DNA from: Octopus sinensis
Taxonomy: Eukaryota
Direction of reading: 5' to 3'
DNA length: 7,021 nt
Assembly (NCBI RefSeq): GCF_006345805.1
Contig: NW_021829037.1
Coordinates: 1 to 7,021, forward strand
The first letter of the stretch is position 1. The number at the start of each line of letters is the position of its first letter. The notes under the pieces were generated by a model that saw nothing but the letters and a program-made list of their open reading frames with translations, was not told where the DNA came from and made no database searches. Shown here one piece after another: positions 1 through 6,253 of the stretch. Both the position numbers and the translations under genes were made by a program.

Positions 1-124
1 TATTTATTGATTAGAAGAGGATAAACCGACTTTAGCGGAAATCTTTTCATACAAAATTGTTTTGTTTTCTTTTGAAGACGGTAAAGAAATCCTTTGGAAT
101 TATATAACTGTCGATATTCTCTCT

Positions 125-230
125 GTGAATATGTGTGAGTGTGCGTGTGTATCTGTGTGTATGTGTGTAGCTGTGTGTGTGTATATGTATGTATCTGAAT
201 ATGTATATTTGTATATATGTGCGTGGACGT

Positions 231-270
<40 letters not shown>
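125..270. repeat. Degenerate GT/GTAT microsatellite ending in a pure (TG)19 tract (233-270)
   Basis: Read directly from the sequence; it produces the CV/HT-repeat ORFs 62..379 and 100..309. Confidence 0.95.
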
Positions 271-271
<1 letters not shown>

Positions 272-288
272 AAGTATGCTCTTCTGAC

Positions 289-376
289 TTTATTTTTCAA
301 ATTTTTCATCAGTATAGAGCAAGAATCGGTTTCTAACCCAGAAACAAGGCTTTCTCATCGGATTTTACACATGAAC
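289..376 (-). mobile_element. Short interspersed repeat module X, copy 1 (possible Penelope-like element terminus)
   Basis: Aligns along its length with 640-746, sharing the identical 12-mer CGGTTTCTAACC (327-338 and 682-693). The minus strand reads CCGATGA...GAAAC, then AATAAA (289-294), then a (CA)n tail. The repeat itself is seen; the PLE assignment is inference. Confidence 0.5.
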
Positions 377-420
377 TAAATACACATATATGAGTGTGTG
401 TGTGTGTATGTGTGTGGTGA

Positions 421-595
421 GAATTTACAAAAAAAAAAACAAAAGACGAAGACGGGTGAGTAAATAACTAACAGATGTAATAGTTTAATGCTCGGGAAGT
501 GAGAAAATCTTTTACGTTTCGAGCCTACGCTCTTCGACAGAAAGGAACACAGAAATAAACAGGGAGAGAAAACAAAAAAAGGTTTAGTGGCTAGT
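421..595 (-). mobile_element. Penelope-like retroelement terminal fragment (module Z) with hammerhead-like motif
   Basis: The minus strand carries a minimal hammerhead-like fold (509-544), then ATTAAA (484-489), a T-rich stretch and a CA-type tail (376-420). Minimal hammerheads with a palindromic stem III are an established hallmark of PLE termini. No PLE RT or GIY-YIG coding sequence is visible. Confidence 0.5.
509..544 (-). ncRNA. Degenerate minimal type I hammerhead ribozyme-like motif
   Basis: Minus strand CUUU-CUGUCGA-A-GAGC(GUAG)GCUC-GAAA-CG-UA-AAAG gives stem I CUUU/AAAG, stem II GAGC/GCUC, palindromic stem III ACGU and a GUA cleavage triplet. It deviates from the canonical core by A6->U and one extra A before stem II. 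Confidence 0.5.
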
Positions 596-639
596 GAAAT
601 TTGGAAGATATGTGTGTCTGTAGATGTATGTATGTCATT

Positions 640-746
640 GTTCAGTTTTATTTCAAGATTTCTTGCCAATAGAGAAAGAGCCGGTTTCTAACCTACATCA
701 AAGGCTCCTTCATTGGAATTTCGACATCGACAACAGGGTATTTTTT
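640..746 (-). mobile_element. Short interspersed repeat module X, copy 2 (possible Penelope-like element terminus)
   Basis: Paralog of 289-376. The minus strand reads CCAATGA (710-716)...GAAACCGG, then AATAAA (647-652), then a CATA/CA tail. Confidence 0.5.
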
Positions 747-802
747 GTATGTATGTATGTATGTATGTATGTATGTATGTATGTATGTATGTATGTATGT
801 AT
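747..802. repeat. (GTAT)14 tetranucleotide microsatellite
   Basis: Perfect 56-bp tract counted from the sequence. Confidence 0.97.
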
Positions 803-882
803 ACGTGCAGATTTGTCTGTTTTGTTTTTATGTATGTATTCTCATGCATATAGTTGCATATCTAGACATGCTCATATATATA

Positions 883-994
883 TTTAAAAGATAAAATTCT
901 GGAAAGTTTTACAGATTTTCACAGTTCCGGTGATGGATTGGATCTCTAGTCTTCGAATTAGCTTTCTCCTTTCCGATTTTGAGAAGCCTAATTC
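883..994. other. Probable short interspersed repeat (module Y), unclassified
   Basis: A complex-sequence island between microsatellites that ends directly in (GTAT)n; its last 12 bp are duplicated at 1048-1059. It resembles an octopus repeat I recall, but only one copy is in the window. Confidence 0.3.
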
Positions 995-1370
995 GTATGT
1001 ATGTATGTATGTATGGATGGATGGATGGATGGATGGATGGATGGATGGAGAAGCCTAATATGTATGTATGTATGCATGTATTTTTATGTATGTATGTATG
1101 TATCTGTAATTTCGTTGATGCATATATCTATATATCTATAATATGTATGTATATGCGAATCTTTTCGTATATGCGTTCGAGCCTGTATCGGTGTGTCTGA
1201 TTGTGCATGTAATTCTGAGTGTGATGGCCTACGTTTATGTGTGTGTATGTGTGAATATGTGTTTGTGTGCGCATGTGTTAATCCTTCTGCGAGTCTGTAT
1301 GCGTGTGTGGGTGTATTAACGTGTGATTTGTGTGTCGGTCCTTGTGTGTGTAATGTGTGCGTTTTGAATA
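995..1370. repeat. Compound (GTAT)5(GGAT)8 tract (995-1046) followed by a degenerate GTAT/GT microsatellite field
   Basis: Read directly; explains ORFs 979..1200, 1084..1404 and 1193..1411. Confidence 0.93.
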
Positions 1371-1669
1371 CATCGTTATTTTTCCTGGCAACACAAACGA
1401 TCAAAGTTTAACTAAGGCAAAGCGGTCGATAGCGAAGGGATGGGGTGAGAATGAGGTGGTGGGAGTAGCGGTGTAGAACGAGAAGGATTTTTGGTCGATG
1501 CTGAGTGGATGGAATCGAGACAGTATTTCGAAGAATTGGAACAATCGCAGTGGAATCTTCAACGGAGATTTGCTGACATAAACGTATCTTTCAGTGGAGT
1601 TTTAAAAAGTTTCACAGACACAAAGAAAATAGGTCTTTGCAGAGTCTAACGGTATGACATTTAAAGACG

Positions 1670-1755
1670 CACTCACACAACACACACAGGTGTATGCACA
1701 CACGACAAAGGCAAACACACATGCTCCCACACTAACACAATCATGTGTAATATAT

Positions 1756-1787
<32 letters not shown>

Positions 1788-1847
1788 ATATAATATATAT
1801 ATGTATATTTATAAATGCATATATATACATATATATAATATATATAG

Positions 1848-1879
<32 letters not shown>

Positions 1880-2307
1880 ATATACATATATAGATATACG
1901 CACACATATGTATAACACACACACACACGTATGCACGAGCCCAATCAACAAATGAATCCTCATAAAATCACACAGAATTTCACACAAGAATACACTCAAT
2001 CATATTACGCCTGCACACGGCATACACACACACACACACACGCACCACGCACGCACGCACACGCACGCACGCACGCACGCACACATACACACACACACAC
2101 GATTGCAATAACACGTACACACATTCCTATAGACATAATCACACGCAATCCCATGGCACATACTATTACATGCACACAAATTCATTTAATCTTAATCTTA
2201 ATCTCACACACATGTATAGTCGTACACACTCTCACAATCACACACAAAGAATCTAATACACATACTACCATAAATACACACAAAATTATACACGATATAT
2301 ATATATA

Positions 2308-2347
<40 letters not shown>

Positions 2348-2500
2348 TACATACATACATATATATATATATATATTAGTATATCGACATACATACATAC
2401 ATATATACATACATACATCGTCAGATTCACACATACACACGCATACGATCACTGACACACACATGCACACGCATCTACGCACGCAAATACGCGCGCAACG
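1670..2500. repeat. Large low-complexity field of alternating (TA)n, (CA)n, (CACG)n and (TACA)n tracts
   Basis: TA-rich at about 1749-1895 and 2295-2380, degenerate CA-type between and after. Explains the YI/HT/CV-repeat ORFs. Confidence 0.93.
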
Positions 2501-2532
2501 TAGCGAGTTTGTAGCAAGCTTCAATAGTTTCT

Positions 2533-2559
2533 AGCAGCAGCAGCAGCAGCAGCAGTAGC

Positions 2560-2652
<93 letters not shown>
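2533..2652. repeat. Compound trinucleotide repeat (AGC)7 AGT AGC (AGT)10 (AGC)10 (AGT)11
   Basis: 40 triplets (120 bp) counted from the sequence. Confidence 0.97.
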
Positions 2653-2653
<1 letters not shown>

Positions 2654-2763
2654 ATTGTAGTTGTTGTTCACAGAAAACAACTACAGAAAAGAGGAAAAAA
2701 GAGTGAATATCTGAGTTTAAATGAGAAACTCTATACAAAATGTTATTCTAATTACTAAACTCC

Positions 2764-2947
2764 TTCTCTTGCTTCAGTCATTTGATTGCGGCCATGCTGG
2801 AGCACTGCCATTTAGTCGAGCAAATTGACCCCAGGACTTATTCTGTAAGCCTAGTACTTATTTTATCGGTCTCTTTTGCCGAACCGCTAAGTAGCGGGGG
2901 ACGTTGTCAAACGATGTTTGGAGGACAAAGACAGACACGCGCAAACG

Positions 2948-3011
<64 letters not shown>

Positions 3012-3206
3012 TATATACATTATACAAATAATACATACCTGATACAGCAGGTCTTTAGGTTTCCGTCTAACCAAGCCACTCACAAGGCTTTGTTCGGCCC
3101 GAGACTATAGTAGAAGGCACCTGCCCGAGATGCCACGCAGTGGAACTGAACCCGGAACCCTGTGGTTGATAAGCAAGTTACTTAACACACAGCCACTCCT
3201 GTGCCT
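2764..3206 (-). mobile_element. tRNA-derived SINE (family A), copy 1, near full length, internal (AT)27
   Basis: Collinear with 3577-3972 and with the reverse complement of 5364-5815: tRNA-like head at the right end, core, internal microsatellite (2951-3004), 3' tail. It has an 18-bp deletion at 2902/2903. It resembles octopus tRNA-derived SINEs (OK/OR-type families), but I cannot assign the exact family. Confidence 0.92.
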
Positions 3207-3253
3207 TTTGGAATAGTTTGAATATTGAATCTTTCATAGCTTGCTTTTCTCAC

Positions 3254-3397
3254 TGTTCTTGTTGTTGTTGTAGTTGTTGCTTTTGTCGTTGTTGTTGTTA
3301 TTGTTGTTATTATAGTTGTTGCTTTTGTCGGTGTTCTCTTTGATGCCTTCATTGTCTTATGGATGATAATGTTATTATTATCGACGTTATTGCTGCT
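3254..3397. repeat. Degenerate (TTG)n/(TTA)n tract with an internal 18-bp direct repeat
   Basis: TAGTTGTTGCTTTTGTCG occurs at 3271-3288 and 3313-3330. Confidence 0.85.
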
Positions 3398-3433
3398 GGT
3401 GGCGAACTGGCAGAGCCGTTAACGCGCCGGACA
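3398..3433 (+). mobile_element. 5' head fragment of a second tRNA-like SINE (family B)
   Basis: GGTGGCGAACTGGCAGAGCCGTTAACGCGCCGGACA. Positions 3408-3432 match the A-box/D-arm region of eukaryotic tRNA-Ser as I recall it (TGGCCGAGTGGTTAAGGCGATGGAC) at 19/25 positions. No B box follows. Confidence 0.55.
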
Positions 3434-3559
3434 CTGGTACTTATTCTGTCGTTACCTTTTGCCGAACCGCTACGTTACAGAGACGTAAACTCACCCACAT
3501 CGGTTGTCAAGCGATGGTTTATGACAAAATATATGCAAACACACACGCACACACACACA
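3434..3559 (-). mobile_element. SINE family A, tail-side fragment (piece 2)
   Basis: GTACTTATTCT...TTTTGCCGAACCGCTA...GACGTAAAC...CATCGGTTGTCAAGCGATG aligns to the 3' half of copies 3 and 5, and stops at the internal CA/TA microsatellite. Confidence 0.85.
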
Positions 3560-3576
3560 TATATATATAATATATA

Positions 3577-3972
3577 CTCTTTTACTTGTTTCAGTCATTT
3601 GACTGCGGCCATGCTGGAGCACCGCCTTTATTCGAGCAAATCGACCCCGGGACTTATTCTTTGTAAGCCCAGTACTTATTCTACTCATTCTCGTTTGCCG
3701 ACCCGCTAAGTAACGGGGACGTAACACACCAGCATCGGTTGTCAACAATGCTAGGGGGACAAACACAGGCACACAACCATATACACACACACTTATATGT
3801 ATATACATATACGACAGGCTTCTTTCAGTTTCCGTCTACCAAATCCACTCACAACATTGGTCGGCCCGGGGCTATAGCAGAAGACACTTGCCAAGATGCC
3901 ACGCAGTGGGACTGAACCCGGAACCATGTGGTTGGTTAGCAAGCTACTTACCACACAGCCACTCCTGCGCCT
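3577..3972 (-). mobile_element. tRNA-derived SINE (family A), copy 3, full length
   Basis: The minus strand starts AGGCGCAGGAGTGGCTGTGTGG (A-box-like), contains GGTTCAGTCCC (B-box-like) and ends GACTGAAACAAGTAAAAGAG. Collinear with 5364-5815. Confidence 0.95.
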
Positions 3973-3992
3973 ATATATGTGTATATAATATA

Positions 3993-4372
3993 CTAGCAGT
4001 ATCGCCCGGCGTTTGCTCAGGTTTTGTAAGGGAAATAACTATAAAGCAATTTTAGAGAGTTATAGCCAAAAATAGCAAAAAATGGAAAAAAATTATGGTA
4101 AATTTTTTTTTGAGATTAAAAAAGGTGGAGTTGCGACCCCTAGACAGTTTGTGGTATGTGTTTCTGATTCTCGACCCCATGTCGAATTTATCGATTTTTT
4201 TCAGACTGGGGGAACTTTTCAAAATTTCCGCTGTGTTAGTTTGAATTATGACATTGGGCTATGTGTTGTCAAGTTTCATCAGAATCGGTTGAAGCCGTGG
4301 TCAGAGTGAGGGTACGAGAAAACAGACACACAGAAAACGCACAGACAAACTGCCGTTTTATATAGAGAGAGA
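3993..4372 (-). mobile_element. Non-autonomous Helitron (~380 bp)
   Basis: The minus-strand 3' end is CCTGAGC-AAAC-GCCGGG (GC-rich hairpin, 4005-4021), 8 nt, then CTAG (3993-3996) followed by T, which is the canonical Helitron 3' signature. The 5' end reads TCTCTCTATATAAAACGG, followed by TGTC-type repeats and a CAACCGATT...GATGAAACTT motif like Lep1-type Helitrons. The exact 5' base is ambiguous (about 4362-4381). Confidence 0.82.
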
Positions 4373-4652
4373 GGGCATAGATTTAGAGAAAACACTCTGT
4401 TAAACAATTCATTAATGAAAGATGTAATTCACACCATAAAGAAAACATATTATTTTTTGTTTTTGCACTTTATATATTTTTAGAATAAGGTTTTTTTATG
4501 GTATATGTTTTCTGTGGTGTGAATAACATCCTTCATTATTGAATTGTTTAATAGAGGTATTTCTCTAAATTATATACATATATTATGTATTGTGAAATTT
4601 GATTTAGAATTGCTAAATTGAATTTTTCCCTGTAAGTTTGGAATTATATTTC

Positions 4653-4778
4653 CTACAACTACTACTTCTACTACTACTATTATCACTATTATTATTATTA
4701 TTATTATTATTATCATTATTATTATTGTTGTTGTTGCTGTGTTGTTGTTGTTGTTATCATTATTAGTATTATTATTAT
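4653..4778. repeat. Compound (CTA)n-(TTA)n-(TTG)n trinucleotide tract
   Basis: Read directly. Confidence 0.9.
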
Positions 4779-4796
4779 ATATGATATATATATATC

Positions 4797-4958
4797 CGAC
4801 GGGCTTCTTTCAGTTTCCGCCTACCAGATCCGCTCATAGGGCGTTGGTCGACCCGAGGCTATAGTAGAAGACACTTTCTCAAGATGTCACACAGCGGGAC
4901 TGAACCGGAGTCATGTGGTTGGGAAGCAAGCTTCTCACCTCAAGCCACGCCTGCGCCT
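4797..4958 (-). mobile_element. SINE family A, head+core half (piece 4)
   Basis: Aligns to 5364-5527 and ends at GAAGCCCGTCG plus a TA tract, with no 3' tail adjacent. Confidence 0.9.
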
Positions 4959-4960
4959 CT

Positions 4961-5075
4961 TGTTCCTTTCTTATCGCTGTTGTTATTGTTGTTGCTGTTG
5001 TCTTTCTTCTTGTTATTCTTATCATTGCTGTTGTTGTTATGCATACTGTTCAATTGTATTTGTTATTGTTGCTAT
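4961..5075. repeat. Degenerate (TTG/CTG/TTA)n tract
   Basis: Read directly; explains the Leu/Cys-rich ORFs 4884..5096 and 4915..5133. Confidence 0.8.
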
Positions 5076-5363
5076 TTCGGTTTTGACGGTTGCTAATGTC
5101 TTCTTAAAAACGCTGATGTTCGTTTTTCTATAATTAATATTTGTTTAGAAACTTTTCAATCAATACTGTTGAAGGCCAATCAAACACCTTTTCTCTTTGC
5201 TTTCTTTTTATAGTCTCTCTATTTTTGTTATTTCTTTTATTTTTTATTATTTTATTTTTTTTTTTTCTATCGGGTTTCCTCTTTCTGGCACACTAAAGAA
5301 ATTTTGAAAGAGAAAGCAGTAGCTGTACCGAAAGAGATGATAAAAAAAGAAAATATTATAAAC

Positions 5364-5527
5364 AGGCGCAGGAGTGGCTGTATGGTAAGTAGCTTGCTTA
5401 CCAACCTCATAGTTCTGTGTTCAGTCCCACTGCGTGACACCTTGGGCAAGAGTTTTCTACTATAGCCTCGGGCCGACCAAAGCCTTGTAGATGGGTTTGG
5501 TAGACGAAAACTGAAAGAAGCCCGTCG

Positions 5528-5609
<82 letters not shown>

Positions 5610-5815
5610 TCTGTGTTTGCCACACACATCCCCAGCATCGCTTGACAACCGATGCTGGTGTGTTTACGTCCCCGTAACTTAACGGTTCGGCAAAAGAGAC
5701 AGATAGAATAAGTACTAGGCTTCCAAAGAATAAGTCCTGGGGTCGATTTCGTCGACTAAAGGCGGTGCTCCAGCATGGCCACAGTCAAATGACTGAAACA
5801 AGTAAAAGAAAAAGA
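5364..5815 (+). mobile_element. tRNA-derived SINE (family A), copy 5, full length, internal TA tract plus (GT)34
   Basis: A-box-like TGGCTGTATGG (5375-5385), B-box-like GTTCAGTCCC, and residual acceptor-stem pairing GCGCAG (5366-5371) with CTGCGT (5430-5435). Also a 9-bp-stem hairpin at 5632-5658, 3' stem-loops at 5765-5795 and an A-rich GTAAAAGAAAAAGA end. Confidence 0.95.
5539..5606. repeat. (GT)34 microsatellite inside SINE copy 5
   Basis: Perfect 68-bp tract; explains the HT-repeat ORFs at 5267..5648. Confidence 0.97.
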
Positions 5816-5988
5816 TAGGGGGATTATATAATTAGAAGGATGAACTAGTGGTAGAGTGTGATTGATCTTGGTCGAAATGTTCTCTTCTCTTATGTGTAGG
5901 TTTGAGTGTTTATATCAAGGTATGACAACGTTGTACTGCTCAGAACTGTCCTCTTGTCTTGTGAAGGTGTGTGTCCTTATGGTTAGAG

Positions 5989-6040
5989 TAGGGGTCACCA
6001 GACTAAGGCCCGCGAGGTTAGTTCATCCGGCATGCCGCTG
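5989..6040 (+). mobile_element. hAT (Buster/Charlie-like) DNA transposon left terminus
   Basis: TAGGGGTCACCAGACTAAGGCCCGCGAGG resembles Charlie/MER58-type ends (CAGGGGTC...AAACTACGGCCCGCG, from memory). The preceding 8 bp GGTTAGAG have the central TA typical of Buster target sites. The terminus lies just upstream of a same-strand hAT transposase remnant. The matching right end was not found. Confidence 0.65.
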
Positions 6041-6059
6041 CTCTGTGCCTTTTGTGTAA

Positions 6060-6253
6060 GTACCTGCATTTGCCTCTGGTATGGCACCAGTGTTTGGAAC
6101 AACTTATGTCTGTGACAAACGTTTTCAAAAATGAAGTATGTGAAGTCAGGATATCGAACGACGTTGACTGATGAACATTTGAAAGCAATTCTCTTGGTTG
6201 GATGCAGCAATTCTAAAGCAAACATCGATTATATCTTAAAAGCTAAACAACAT
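6060..6253 (+). pseudogene. Fossil C-terminus of a hAT (Buster/GTF2IRD2-like) transposase, dimerization-domain region
   Basis: Translates VPAFASGMAPVFGTTYVC, then a 1-bp deletion at about 6114-6115, then QTFSKMKYVKSGYRTTLTDEHLKAILLVGCSNSKANIDYILKAKQH. The FG.TY.CE..FS.MK...KS..R..LTDEHL pattern is characteristic of Buster-type hAT C-termini. A stop codon lies upstream (6057-6059) and a SINE starts immediately downstream. Confidence 0.88.

Noticed and set aside
925-965. Hammerhead-like GTGATGG...TTCGAATT in module Y (plus strand)
   Set aside because: Two mismatches in the first box, GAAA incomplete, and no coherent stems I and III.
1437-1475. G-quadruplex in the G-rich stretch
   Set aside because: Only three runs of three or more G; at best a weak two-tier structure.
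1401-1601. 66-codon stop-free frame on the minus strand of the unique island
   Set aside because: No ATG, no recognisable motif and no convincing splice sites; this length is compatible with chance.
2475-2738. Poly-Leu ORF as a membrane or signal peptide
   Set aside because: The Leu run is the CTG/CTA reading of the compound AGC/AGT repeat, and the flanks have no protein-like features.
3560-3992. TATATAATATA on both sides of SINE copy 3 as a target-site duplication
   Set aside because: Both flanks are TA low-complexity DNA, the match is inexact, and it is not flush with the element end.
5364-5440. SINE heads (also at copies 1, 3, 4, 6 and 3398-3433) as real tRNA genes
   Set aside because: The A and B boxes are degenerate, there is no proper anticodon arm or 7-nt T loop, and family A heads continue into a shared SINE core.
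62-5648. The supplied ORFs from 62..379 to 5460..5648 as protein-coding genes
   Set aside because: They translate microsatellites (CV, HT, YI, MYVC, poly-L) or cross SINE/Helitron sequence. Several start at TTG or GTG, and none has a recognisable domain.
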